Assembly: GCF_009914755.1 (NCBI RefSeq)
Contig: NC_060933.1
Strand: one strand, 5' to 3'
Origin: the human T2T-CHM13v2.0 reference genome, Homo sapiens
DNA length: 64,000 nucleotides
In this document: in pieces, positions 27,164 to 42,600 of the stretch
Layout of the letters: each line of letters opens with the position of its first letter
Position numbering within the stretch: position 1 is the first letter of the stretch
The notes under the pieces: generated by a model
Databases searched by the model: none
What the model was told of the DNA's origin: nothing
The model's input: the letters and a program-made list of their open reading frames with translations, nothing else
Translations under genes and position numbers: made by a program

Positions 27164-30100
27164 TTACTCTCCATTACATTCCATTCCATTCGGGTTGTTC
27201 CATTCCATTCCATTCCATTCCACTCCATTCAATTGCACTCGGGTTGATTCCATTCCATTCCATTCCATTCCATTTTGGATGATTTCATTCCATTGCATTC
27301 CGTTCCATTACATTCCCCTGCACTCGGGTTGATTCCATTCCATTCCATTCCATTCCATTCGATTCCATTCTATTCCCCTGACTCGCGTTGATTCCATTCC
27401 ATTCCATTCCATTCCATTCCATTCCATTCCATTCCTTTCCATTCCATTACGGATGATTCCATTCCATTGCATTCTATTCCATTCCATTCCCCTGTACTCG
27501 GGTTAATTCCATTCCATTCCATTCCATTCCATTCCGTTCCGTTCCGTTCCGTTCCATTCCATTCCATTCTATTTGAGTTAATTCCATTCCATTCCATTCC
27601 ATTCCATTCCATTCCATTCCGATCGAGTTGATTCCATTCCATTCCATTCTATTCCATTCCACTCCATTCCAGTCCTTTCCATTCCATTCCACTCGGGTTG
27701 ATTCCATTGTATTCCTTTCCATTCCAATCCATTCCTTTTCAATCGAGTTCATTCCATTGCTTTGCATTCCATTCCATTCCATTCCATTCCGGATGATTTC
27801 ATTCCATTGCATTCCATTACATTCCATTCCCCTGCACTCGGGTTGATTCCATTCCATTCCACTCCAATCCGTTCCATTCCATTCCATTCCATTGTATTCC
27901 GGTTAATTCCATTCCATTCCATTCCATTCCATTCCAATCCATTACAATCGAGTTGATTCCATTCGATTCCATGCAATTCCATTCCAGTCCTTTGCATTCC
28001 ATTCCACTCAGGTTGATTCCATTCTATTAGTTTCCATTCCTTTCCATTCCCTTCCATTCCACTCTGGTTGATTCCATTCCTTTCCATTCCACTCGAATAC
28101 ATTCCCTCCTATTCCACTCGGAACGATTCCATTCCATTCCATTCCATTCAATTCCATTCCGTTCTATTCCATTCCATTCCATTCCATTTCGTTCCATTCC
28201 ATTCTATTCCGTACCATTCCATTGCATTCCATTCCATTCCATTCCATTCCATTCCACTCGTGTTGATTCCATTCCTTTCCATTCCATTCGGTATGAAGGC
28301 ATTCCATTCCATTCAATTCCATTCCATTCCATTCCATTCCATTCCATTCCATTCCATTCCATTCCATTCCATTGTACTCGGGTTGATTCCATTCCATTGC
28401 ATTCCATTCCATTCCATTCCGTTGCATTCCATTCCATTACATTCGGATTGATTCTATTCAACTCCCTTACTCTCCATTACATTCCATTCCATTCGGGTTG
28501 TTCCATTGCATTCCATTCCATTCCACTCCATTCCATTGCACTCGGGTTGATTCCATTCCATTCCATTCCATTCCATTCAATTCCGGATGTTTCCATTCCA
28601 TTGCATTCCGTTCCATTACATTGCCATGCACTCGCGTTGATTCCATTCCATTCCATTCCATTCCATTCCGTTCCATTCCGTTCCATTCCATTACATTCCA
28701 TTCCATTCTATTCGGGTTAATTCCATTCCATTCCATTCCATTCCATTCTATTCCATTCCATTTCAATCGAGTTGAATCCATTGCATTTCATTCCATTCCA
28801 TTCCATTCCATTCCATTGCATTCCATTCCATTCCATTCCATTCCATTCCATTCCATTCCATTCCGTTCCGTTCCGTTCCGTTCCGTTCCATTCCATTCCA
28901 TTCCATTCTATTCGGGGTATTTCCTTTCCATTCCATTCGATTGGAACCGAGTTGATTCCATTCCATTCCATTCCATTCCATTCCATTCCATTCTATTCCA
29001 TTCCATTCCTTTCCATTCCATTACGGATGATTCCATTCCATTGCATTCCATTCCATTCCATTCCCCTGTACTCGGGTTGATTCCATTCCATTCCATTCCA
29101 ATCCATGCCATTCCACTCGTGTTGATTCCATTCTTTCCATTCCATTCAAGTTGAATCCATTCCTTTGCATTCCATTCCATTCCATTCCCCTGCAGTCGGG
29201 TTGATTCCATTCCATTCCATTCCATTCCATTCCATTCCATTCCATTCCTTTCCGTTCCATTCCATTCCATTCCATTCCATTCCATTCCGTTCCGTTCCGT
29301 TCCGTTCCGTTCCATTCCATTCCATTCCATTCTATTCGGGTTAATTCCATTCCATTCCATTCGATTGCAATCGAGTTGATTCCATTCCATTCCATTCCAT
29401 TCCATTCCATTCCATTCCTTTCCATTCCATTACGGATGATTCCATTCCATTGCATTCCATTCCATTCCATTCCCCTGTACTCGGGTTGATTCCATTCCAT
29501 TCCATTCCAATTCATGCCATTCCACTCGTGTTGATTCCATTCTTTCCATTCCATTCAAGTTGAATCCATTACATTGCATTCCATTCCATTCGATTCCATT
29601 CGATTGCACTCGGGTTGATTCCATTCCATTGCTTTCCATTCCATTCCATTCCATTCCATTCCGTTCCATTCCATTTCATTACATTCAGATTGATTCTATT
29701 CAATTCACTTACACTCCATTATATTCCAATCCATTCTGGTTGTTTCCATTCCATTCCATTCCATTTCACTCCATTCCATTGCACTCGGGTTGATTCCATT
29801 CCATTCCATTCCATTGCATTCCATTCCATTCCATTCCTGATGATTCCATTCCGTTGCATTCCATTCCATTCCATTCCCCTGCACTCGCGTTGATTCCATT
29901 CCATTCCATTCTTTACATTCCGTTCCATTCCATTCCATTCCATTTGGATTGATTCTATTCAATTCCCTTACACTCCATTCCATTCCATTCCATTCGGGTA
30001 GTTTCCATTCCATTCCATTCCATTCCTCTCCATTCCATTGCACTCGGGTTGATTCCATTCCATTCTTTCCATTCCATTCCATTCCATTCCATTCCATTCC

Positions 30101-33100
30101 ATTCCATTCCATTGTACTCGGGTTGATTCTCTTCCACTGCATTCCATTCCATTCCATTCCATTCCATTGCATTCCATTCCATTCCATTCCGTTCCATTCC
30201 ATTACATTCGGATTGTTTCTATTCAACTCCCTTACTCTCCATTACATTCCATTCCATTCGCTTTGTTCCATTCCATTCCATTCCATTCCACTCCATTCCA
30301 TTGCACTCGTGTTGATTCCATTCCATTCCAGTCCATTCCATTCCATTCCAATCCATTGTACTCGGTTTGATTCCATTCCATTGCATTCCATTCCATTCCA
30401 TTCCATTCCTTTCCATTCCTTTCCATTACTTTCGGATTGATTCTATTCAACTCCCTTACTCTCCATTACATTACATTCCATTCGGGTAGTTCCATTCCAT
30501 TCCATTCCATTCCATTCCACTCCATTCCATTGCACTCGTGTTGATTCAATTCCATTCCATTGCACTCGTGTTGATTCCATTCCATTCCATTGCATTCCGT
30601 TCCGCATGATTCTATTCCATTGCATTCCATTCCATTCCATTCCCCTGCAGTTGGGTTGATTCCATTCCATTCCATTCAATTCCATTCCATTCCATTCCGT
30701 TCCGTTCCATTCCATTCCATTCCATTCCGTTCCATTCCATTCCTTTCCGTTCCATTCCATTCCATTCCATTCCATTCCATTCCGTTCCGTTCCGTTCCGT
30801 TCCATTCCATTCCATTCCATTCTATTCGTGTTAATTCCATTCCATTCCATTCGATTGCAATCGAGTTGATTCCATTCCATTCCATTCCATTCCATTCCAT
30901 TCCATTCCATTCCTTTCCATTCCATTACGGATGATTCCATTCCATTGCATTCCATTCCATTCCATTCCCCTGTACTCGGGTTGATTCCATTCCATTGCAT
31001 TCCATTCCATTCCATTCCATTCCATTGCATTCCATTCCGTTCCATTCCATTTCATTACATTCAGATTGATTCTATTCAATTCCCTTACACTCCATTATAT
31101 TCCAATCCATTCTGGTTGTCTCCATTCCATTCCATTCCATTTCACTCCATTCCATTGCACTCGGGTTGATTCCATTCCATTCCATTCCATTGCATTCCAT
31201 TCCATTCCATTCCGGATGATTCCATTCCATTGCATTCCATTCCATTCCATTCCCCTGCACTCGGGTTGATTCCATTCCATTCCATTCCATTACATTCCGT
31301 TCCATTCCATTCCATTCCATTCGGATTGATTGTATTCAATTCCCTTACACTCCATTACATTCCATTCCATTCGGGTAGTTTCCATTCCATTCCATTCCTC
31401 TCCATTCCATTGCACTCGGGTTGATTCCATTCCATTCTTTCCATTCCATTCCATTCCATTCCATTCCATTCCATTCCATTCCATTGTACTTGGATTGATT
31501 CCATTCCATTGCATTCCATTCCATTCCATTCCATTCCATTCCATTCCGTTCCATTCCGTTACATTCGGATTGTTTCTATTCAACTCCCTTACTCTCCATT
31601 ACATTCCATTCCATTCGGGTTGTTCCATTCCATTCCATTCCTTTCCACTCCATTCCATTGCACTCGGGTTGATTCCATTCCATTCCATTCCATTCCATTC
31701 CATTCCATTCCAATCCATTCCATTCCATTCCGGATGATTCCATTCCATTGCATTCCGTTCCATTACATTCCCCTACACTCGGGTTGATTCCATTCCATTC
31801 CATTCCATTCCATTCGTTTCCATTCCATTGCAATTCTTTCCATTCCATTCTATTCCGTACCATTCCATTCCATTCCATACAATTCCATTCCATTCCATTC
31901 CATTCCATTCCATTCCATTCCATTCCATTCCGTTCCATTCCGTTCCATTCCGTTCTGTTCCGTTCCGTTCCATTCCATTCCATTCCATTCTATTCGGGTT
32001 AATTCCATTCCATTCCATTCCATTCCATTCTATACCATTCCATTGCAATCGAGTTGAATCCATTGCATTCCATTCCATTCCATTCCATTCCATTCCGGAA
32101 GATTCCATTCCATTGCATTCCATTCCATTCCATTCCCCTGCACTCGGGTTTATTCTTTTCAGTTCCATTCCATTCCATTCCATTCCTCTCCATTCCATTG
32201 CACTCGGGTTGATTCCATTCCATTCCATTCCATTCCTTTCCATGCCATTCCATTCCGTTCCATTCCATTCCATTACTTTCGGATTGATTCTTTTCAACTC
32301 CCTTACTCTCCATTACATTCCATTCCATTCGGGTTGTTCCATTCCATTCCATTCCATTCCACTCCATTTCATTGCACTCGGGTTGATTCCATTCCATTCC
32401 ATTCCATTCCATTCCGGATGATTCCATTCCATTGCATTCCGTTCCATTACATTCCCCTGCACTCGGGTTGATTCCATTCCATTCCATTCCATTCCGTTCG
32501 ATTCCATTCCATTCCCCTGCACTCGCGTTGATTCCATTCCATTCCATTCCATTCCATTCCATTCCATTCCTTTCGGTTCCATTCCATTCCATTCCATTCC
32601 ATTCCGTTCCGTTCCGTTCCATTCCATTCCATTCCATTCTATTCGGGTTAATTCCATTCCATTCCATTCGATTGCAATCGAGTTGATTCCATTCCATTCC
32701 ATTCCATTCCGTTCCATTCCATTCCATTCCATTCCTTTCCATTCCATTACAGATGATTCCATTCCATTGCATTCCATTCCATTCCATTCCCCTGTACTCG
32801 GGTTGATTCCATTCCATTCCATTCCAATCCATGCCATTCCAATCGTGTTGATTCCATTCTTTCCATTCCATTCAAGTTGAATCCATTACATTGCATTCCA
32901 TACCATTCCATTCCCGTGCAGTCGGGTTGATTCCATTCTATTCCATTCCATTCTATTCCATTCCATTCCGTTCCGTTCCGTTCCGTTCCGTTCCATTCCA
33001 TTCCATTCTATTCGGGTTAATTCCATTCCATTCCATTCCATTCCATTCCATTCCAATCGAGTTGATTCCATTCCATTCCATTCCATTCCATTCCACTCCA

Positions 33101-36100
33101 TTCCAGTCCTTTCCATTCCATTCCACTCGGGTTGATTCCATTGTATTCCTTTCCATTCCATTCCATTCCATTGCAATCGAGTTGATTCCATTGCTTTGCA
33201 TACCATTCCATTCCATTCCATTCCGGATGATTCCATTCCATTGCATTCCATTCCATTCCATTCCCCTGCACTCGGGTTGATTCCATTCCATTCCACTCCA
33301 TTCCGTTCCATTCCATTCCACTCCATTGTATTCGGGTTAATTCCATTCCATTCCATTCCATTCCATTCCATTCCATTCCATTCCATTCCATTCCATTTCA
33401 TTCCATTCCAATCCATTACAATCGAGTTGATTCCATTCCATTCCATTCCATTCCATTCCATTCCATTCCATTCCATTCCTTTCCATTACATTACGGATTA
33501 TTCCATTCCATTGCATTCCATTCCATTCCATTCCCCTGTACTCGGGTTTATTTCAATCCATTCCATTCCATTCCATGCCATTCCACTCGTGTTGATTCCA
33601 TTCTTTCCATTCCATTCAAGTTGAATCCATTCAATTGCATTCCATTCCATTCGATTCCATTCGATTGCACTCGGGTTGATTCCATTCCATTGCATTCCAT
33701 TCCGTTCCGTTCCATTCCATTACTTTCGGATTGATTCTATTCAATTCCCTTACACTCCATTACATTCCATTCCATTCGGGTAGTTTCCATTCCATTCCAT
33801 TCCATTCCTCTCCATTCCATTGCACTCGGGTTGATTCCATTCCATTCCATTCCATTCCATTCCATTCCATTCCGGATGATTCCATTCCATTGAATTCCAT
33901 TCCATTCCATTCCCCTGCACTTGGGTTGATTCCATTCCATTCCATTGCATTCCTTTCCGTTCCATTCCATTCCATTCAATTCCATTCCATTCTATTCGTG
34001 TTAATTCCATTCCATTCTATTCCATTCCATTCCATTGAAATCGAGTTGATTCCATTCCATTCCATTCCCCTGCACTCGGGTTGAATCCATTCCATTTCAT
34101 TCCATTAAATTCCGTTCCATTCCATTCCATTCTATTCGGGTTAATTCCATTCCATTCAATTCCACTCCATTCCAGTCGTTTCCATTCCATTCCACTCGGG
34201 TTGATTCCATTCTATTCCTTTCCATTCCATTCCATTCCATTGCAATCGAGTTGATTCCATTCGAGTTGAATCCATTCCATTCCATTCCATTCCATTACAT
34301 TGCACACAGGTTCATTCCATTCCATTCCATTAAATTCCATTCCATTCCATTTCATTCCATTCCATTCTATTCCGTAAAATTCCATTCTATCCCATTCCAT
34401 TCCATTCCATTCCATTCCATGCCATTACACTCGGGTTGATTCCATTCCTTTCCATTCCATTCTTGTTGAATCCATTCCATTCCATTCCATTCCATTCGAA
34501 TCCATTCCATTGCACTCGGGTTGATTCCATTCCATTCCACTCCATTCCATTCCATTCCATTCCATTCCATTCCATTCCATACGGATTGATTCTATTCAAT
34601 TCCCTTACACTCCATTACATTCCATTCCATTCGGGATGTTTCCATTCCATTCCATTCCATTCCATTCCACTCCATTCCATTGCATTGGGTTGATTGCATT
34701 CCATTCCATTCCATTCCATTCCGGATGATTCCATTCCATTGCATTCCATTCCATTCCATTCCCCTGCACTCGGGTTGATTACATTCCATTCCATTCCCTT
34801 CCATTCGTTTCCATTCCATTCCACTCAATTGCAATCGAGTTGATTCCATTCCATTCCATTCCATTCCATTCCATTCCATTCCGGATGATTGCATTCCATT
34901 GCATTCCATTCCATTCCATTCCCCTGCACTCGGGTTGATTCCATTCCATTTCATTCCATTACATTCCGTTCCATTCCATTCCATTCCATTCTATTCGTGT
35001 TAATTCCATTCCATTCCATTAAAATTCCTTTCCATTCCATTCCATTGCAATCGAGTTGATTCCATTCCATTCCATTCCATTCCATTCCAATCGCTTTGAT
35101 TCCATTCCATTCCATTCCATTCCAATCCATTCCAAGCCTTTCCATTCCATGCCACTCGGGTTGATTCCATTCTATTCCTTTCCATTCCATTCCATTCCTT
35201 TGTAATCGAGTTGATTCCTTTCGAGTTGAATCCATTCCATTCCATTCCATTCCATTCCATTCCATTCCATTCCATTCCATTTCGTTCAATTCCATTCTAT
35301 TCCGTACCATTCCATTCCATTCCATTCCATTCCATTCCATTCCATTCCAATCGTGTTGATTCCATTCCTTTCCCTTCCATTCGGTTTGAAACCATTCCAT
35401 TCCATTCAATTCCACTCCATTCCATTCCATTCCATTCCATTCCATTCCATTCCATTGTATTCGGGTTGATTCCATTCCATCGCATTCCATTCCATTCCAT
35501 TCCATTCCATTCCGTTCCATTCCATTCCATTACATTCGGATTGATTCTATTCAACTCCCTTACTCTCCATTACATTCCATTCCATTCGGGTTGTTCCATT
35601 CCATTCCATTCCATTCCACTCCATTCCATTGCACTCGGGTTGATTCCATTCCATTCCATTCCATTCCGGATGATTCCATTCCATTGCATTCCTTTCCATT
35701 ACATTCCCCTGCACTCGCGTTGATTCCATTCCATTCCCTTCCATTCCATACCATTCCATTCCATTCCATTCCATTCCATTCCATTCCATTCCGTTCCGTT
35801 CCATTCCGTTCCATTCCATTCCATTCTATTCGGGTTAATTCCATTCCATTCCATTCCATTCCATTCCATTCCATTCCATTCTATTCCATTCCATTGCAAT
35901 CATGTTGAATCCATTGCATTCCATTCCATTCCATTCCATTCCGGAAGATTCCATTCCATTGCATTCCATTCCATTCCATTCCCCTGCACTCGCGTTGATT
36001 CCATTCCATTCCATTCCATTCCATTCCATTCCGTTCCGTTCGGTTCCATTCCATTCCATTCCATTCCATTCCATTCCGTTCCGTTCCATTCCATTCCATT

Positions 36101-36667
36101 CCATTCTATTCAGGTTAATTCCATTCCATTCCATTCGATTGCAATCGAGTTGATTCCATTCCATTCCATTCCATTCCATTCCATTCCATTCATTTCCATT
36201 CCATTACGGATGCTTCCATTCCATTGCATTGCATTCCAATACATTCCCCTGTACTCTGGTTGATTCCATTCCATTCCATTCCAATCCATGCCATTCCACT
36301 CGTGTTTATTCCATTCTTTCCATTCCATTCAAGTTGAATCCATTCCATTGCATTCCATTCTATTCGATTCCATTCGATTGCACTCGGGTTGATTCCATTC
36401 CATTGCATTCCATTCCATTCCATTCCATTCCATTCCATTCCATTCCGTTCCATTCCATTCCATTACATTCGGATTGATTCTATTCAATTCCCTTACACTC
36501 CATTACATTTCATTCCATTCGGGTAGTTTCCATTCCATTCCATTCCATTCCTCTCCATTCCATTGCACTCGGGTTGATTCCATTCCATTGCATTCCATTC
36601 CATTCCATTCAATTCCATTCCGTTCCATTCCATTCCATTCCATTCGGATTGATTCTATTCAACTCCC
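27164..36667 (+). repeat. ~9.6 kb higher-order repeat, copy 1 (9,504 bp; ~95 bp deletion near 28.65 kb)
   Basis: ORF translations recur identically at offset 9514 (27474->36988) and 9619 (28908->38527, 31999->41618). Unique markers are shared: CATTTTGGATGATTTC, CGGTATGAAGGC, GGGGTATTTCC, TTGGAACCGAG, CCGCATGATTC. Confidence 0.92.
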
Positions 36668-39600
36668 TTACTCTCCATTACATTCCATTCCATTCGGGTT
36701 GTTCCATTCCATTCCATTCCATTCCACTCCATTCAATTGCACTCGGGTTGATTCCATTCCATTCCATTCCATTCCATTTTGGATGATTTCATTCCATTGC
36801 ATTCCGTTCCATTACATTCCCCTGCACTCGGGTTGATTCCATTCCATTCCATTCCATTCCATTCGATTCCATTCTATTCCCCTGACTCGCGTTGATTCCA
36901 TTCCATTCCATTCCATTCCATTCCATTCCATTCCATTCCATTCCATTCCTTTCCATTCCATTACGGATGATTCCATTCCATTGCATTCTATTCCATTCCA
37001 TTCCCCTGTACTCGGGTTAATTCCATTCCATTCCATTCCATTCCATTCCGTTCCGTTCCGTTCCGTTCCATTCCATTCCATTCTATTTGAGTTAATTCCA
37101 TTCCATTCCATTCCATTCCATTCCATTCCATTCCGATCGAGTTGATTCCATTCCATTCCATTCTATTCCATTCCACTCCATTCCAGTCCTTTCCATTCCA
37201 TTCCACTCGGGTTGATTCCATTGTATTCCTTTCCATTCCAATCCATTCCTTTTCAATCGAGTTCATTCCATTGCTTTGCATTCCATTCCATTCCATTCCA
37301 TTCCGGATGATTTCATTCCATTGCATTCCATTACATTCCATTCCCCTGCACTCGGGTTGATTCCATTCCATTCCACTCCAATCCGTTCCATTCCATTCCA
37401 TTCCATTGTATTCCGGTTAATTCCATTCCATTCCATTCCATTCCATTCCAATCCATTACAATCGAGTTGATTCCATTCGATTCCATGCAATTCCATTCCA
37501 GTCCTTTGCATTCCATTCCACTCAGGTTGATTCCATTCTATTAGTTTCCATTCCTTTCCATTCCCTTCCATTCCACTCTGGTTGATTCCATTCCTTTCCA
37601 TTCCACTCGAATACATTCCCTCCTATTCCACTCGGAACGATTCCATTCCATTCCATTCCATTCAATTCCATTCCGTTCTATTCCATTCCATTCCATTCCA
37701 TTTCGTTCCATTCCATTCTATTCCGTACCATTCCATTGCATTCCATTCCATTCCATTCCATTCCATTCCACTCGTGTTGATTCCATTCCTTTCCATTCCA
37801 TTCGGTATGAAGGCATTCCATTCCATTCAATTCCATTCCATTCCATTCCATTCCATTCCATTCCATTCCATTCCATTCCATTCCATTCCATTCCATTCCA
37901 TTGTACTCGGGTTGATTCCATTCCATTGCATTCCATTCCATTCCATTCCGTTGCATTCCATTCCATTACATTCGGATTGATTCTATTCAACTCCCTTACT
38001 CTCCATTACATTCCATTCCATTCGGGTTGTTCCATTGCATTCCATTCCATTCCACTCCATTCCATTGCACTCGGGTTGATTCCATTCCATTCCATTCCAT
38101 TCCATTCAATTCCGGATGTTTCCATTCCATTGCATTCCGTTCCATTACATTGCCATGCACTCGCGTTGATTCCATTCCATTCCATTCCATTCCATTCAAT
38201 TCCATTCCATTACAATTCCTTCCATTCCATTCTATTCCGTACCATTCCATTCCATTCCATACCATTCCATTCCATTCCATTCCATTCCATTCCGTTCCAT
38301 TCCGTTCCATTCCATTACATTCCATTCCATTCTATTCGGGTTAATTCCATTCCATTCCATTCCATTCCATTCTATTCCATTCCATTTCAATCGAGTTGAA
38401 TCCATTGCATTTCATTCCATTCCATTCCATTCCATTCCATTGCATTCCATTCCATTCCATTCCATTCCATTCCATTCCATTCCGTTCCGTTCCGTTCCGT
38501 TCCGTTCCATTCCATTCCATTCCATTCTATTCGGGGTATTTCCTTTCCATTCCATTCGATTGGAACCGAGTTGATTCCATTCCATTCCATTCCATTCCAT
38601 TACATTCCATTCTATTCCATTCCATTCCTTTCCATTCCATTACGGATGATTCCATTCCATTGCATTCCATTCCATTCCATTCCCCTGTACTCGGGTTGAT
38701 TCCATTCCATTCCATTCCAATCCATGCCATTCCACTCGTGTTGATTCCATTCTTTCCATTCCATTCAAGTTGAATCCATTCCTTTGCATTCCATTCCATT
38801 CCATTCCCCTGCAGTCGGGTTGATTCCATTCCATTCCATTCCATTCCATTCCATTCCATTCCATTCCTTTCCGTTCCATTCCATTCCATTCCATTCCATT
38901 CCATTCCGTTCCGTTCCGTTCCGTTCCGTTCCATTCCATTCCATTCCATTCTATTCGGGTTAATTCCATTCCATTCCATTCGATTGCAATCGAGTTGATT
39001 CCATTCCATTCCATTCCATTCCATTCCATTCCATTCCTTTCCATTCCATTACGGATGATTCCATTCCATTGCATTCCATTCCATTCCATTCCCCTGTACT
39101 CGGGTTGATTCCATTCCATTCCATTCCAATTCATGCCATTCCACTCGTGTTGATTCCATTCTTTCCATTCCATTCAAGTTGAATCCATTACATTGCATTC
39201 CATTCCATTCGATTCCATTCGATTGCACTCGGGTTGATTCCATTCCATTGCTTTCCATTCCATTCCATTCCATTCCATTCCGTTCCATTCCATTTCATTA
39301 CATTCAGATTGATTCTATTCAATTCACTTACACTCCATTATATTCCAATCCATTCTGGTTGTTTCCATTCCATTCCATTCCATTTCACTCCATTCCATTG
39401 CACTCGGGTTGATTCCATTCCATTCCATTCCATTGCATTCCATTCCATTCCATTCCTGATGATTCCATTCCGTTGCATTCCATTCCATTCCATTCCCCTG
39501 CACTCGCGTTGATTCCATTCCATTCCATTCTTTACATTCCGTTCCATTCCATTCCATTCCATTTGGATTGATTCTATTCAATTCCCTTACACTCCATTCC

Positions 39601-42600
39601 ATTCCATTCCATTCGGGTAGTTTCCATTCCATTCCATTCCATTCCTCTCCATTCCATTGCACTCGGGTTGATTCCATTCCATTCTTTCCATTCCATTCCA
39701 TTCCATTCCATTCCATTCCATTCCATTCCATTGTACTCGGGTTGATTCTCTTCCACTGCATTCCATTCCATTCCATTCCATTCCATTGCATTCCATTCCA
39801 TTCCATTCCGTTCCATTCCATTACATTCGGATTGTTTCTATTCAACTCCCTTACTCTCCATTACATTCCATTCCATTCGCTTTGTTCCATTCCATTCCAT
39901 TCCATTCCACTCCATTCCATTGCACTCGTGTTGATTCCATTCCATTCCAGTCCATTCCATTCCATTCCAATCCATTGTACTCGGTTTGATTCCATTCCAT
40001 TGCATTCCATTCCATTCCATTCCATTCCTTTCCATTCCTTTCCATTACTTTCGGATTGATTCTATTCAACTCCCTTACTCTCCATTACATTACATTCCAT
40101 TCGGGTAGTTCCATTCCATTCCATTCCATTCCATTCCACTCCATTCCATTGCACTCGTGTTGATTCAATTCCATTCCATTGCACTCGTGTTGATTCCATT
40201 CCATTCCATTGCATTCCGTTCCGCATGATTCTATTCCATTGCATTCCATTCCATTCCATTCCCCTGCAGTTGGGTTGATTCCATTCCATTCCATTCAATT
40301 CCATTCCATTCCATTCCGTTCCGTTCCATTCCATTCCATTCCATTCCGTTCCATTCCATTCCTTTCCGTTCCATTCCATTCCATTCCATTCCATTCCATT
40401 CCGTTCCGTTCCGTTCCGTTCCATTCCATTCCATTCCATTCTATTCGTGTTAATTCCATTCCATTCCATTCGATTGCAATCGAGTTGATTCCATTCCATT
40501 CCATTCCATTCCATTCCATTCCATTCCATTCCTTTCCATTCCATTACGGATGATTCCATTCCATTGCATTCCATTCCATTCCATTCCCCTGTACTCGGGT
40601 TGATTCCATTCCATTGCATTCCATTCCATTCCATTCCATTCCATTGCATTCCATTCCGTTCCATTCCATTTCATTACATTCAGATTGATTCTATTCAATT
40701 CCCTTACACTCCATTATATTCCAATCCATTCTGGTTGTCTCCATTCCATTCCATTCCATTTCACTCCATTCCATTGCACTCGGGTTGATTCCATTCCATT
40801 CCATTCCATTGCATTCCATTCCATTCCATTCCGGATGATTCCATTCCATTGCATTCCATTCCATTCCATTCCCCTGCACTCGGGTTGATTCCATTCCATT
40901 CCATTCCATTACATTCCGTTCCATTCCATTCCATTCCATTCGGATTGATTGTATTCAATTCCCTTACACTCCATTACATTCCATTCCATTCGGGTAGTTT
41001 CCATTCCATTCCATTCCTCTCCATTCCATTGCACTCGGGTTGATTCCATTCCATTCTTTCCATTCCATTCCATTCCATTCCATTCCATTCCATTCCATTC
41101 CATTGTACTTGGATTGATTCCATTCCATTGCATTCCATTCCATTCCATTCCATTCCATTCCATTCCGTTCCATTCCGTTACATTCGGATTGTTTCTATTC
41201 AACTCCCTTACTCTCCATTACATTCCATTCCATTCGGGTTGTTCCATTCCATTCCATTCCTTTCCACTCCATTCCATTGCACTCGGGTTGATTCCATTCC
41301 ATTCCATTCCATTCCATTCCATTCCATTCCAATCCATTCCATTCCATTCCGGATGATTCCATTCCATTGCATTCCGTTCCATTACATTCCCCTACACTCG
41401 GGTTGATTCCATTCCATTCCATTCCATTCCATTCGTTTCCATTCCATTGCAATTCTTTCCATTCCATTCTATTCCGTACCATTCCATTCCATTCCATACA
41501 ATTCCATTCCATTCCATTCCATTCCATTCCATTCCATTCCATTCCATTCCGTTCCATTCCGTTCCATTCCGTTCTGTTCCGTTCCGTTCCATTCCATTCC
41601 ATTCCATTCTATTCGGGTTAATTCCATTCCATTCCATTCCATTCCATTCTATACCATTCCATTGCAATCGAGTTGAATCCATTGCATTCCATTCCATTCC
41701 ATTCCATTCCATTCCGGAAGATTCCATTCCATTGCATTCCATTCCATTCCATTCCCCTGCACTCGGGTTTATTCTTTTCAGTTCCATTCCATTCCATTCC
41801 ATTCCTCTCCATTCCATTGCACTCGGGTTGATTCCATTCCATTCCATTCCATTCCTTTCCATGCCATTCCATTCCGTTCCATTCCATTCCATTACTTTCG
41901 GATTGATTCTTTTCAACTCCCTTACTCTCCATTACATTCCATTCCATTCGGGTTGTTCCATTCCATTCCATTCCATTCCACTCCATTTCATTGCACTCGG
42001 GTTGATTCCATTCCATTCCATTCCATTCCATTCCGGATGATTCCATTCCATTGCATTCCGTTCCATTACATTCCCCTGCACTCGGGTTGATTCCATTCCA
42101 TTCCATTCCATTCCGTTCGATTCCATTCCATTCCCCTGCACTCGCGTTGATTCCATTCCATTCCATTCCATTCCATTCCATTCCATTCCTTTCGGTTCCA
42201 TTCCATTCCATTCCATTCCATTCCGTTCCGTTCCGTTCCATTCCATTCCATTCCATTCTATTCGGGTTAATTCCATTCCATTCCATTCGATTGCAATCGA
42301 GTTGATTCCATTCCATTCCATTCCATTCCGTTCCATTCCATTCCATTCCATTCCTTTCCATTCCATTACAGATGATTCCATTCCATTGCATTCCATTCCA
42401 TTCCATTCCCCTGTACTCGGGTTGATTCCATTCCATTCCATTCCAATCCATGCCATTCCACTCGTGTTGATTCCATTCTTTCCATTCCATTCAAGTTGAA
42501 TCCATTCCTTTGCATTCCATTCCATTCCATTCCCCTGCAGTCGGGTTGATTCCATTCCATTCCATTCCATTCCATTCCATTCCATTCCATTCCTTTCCGT

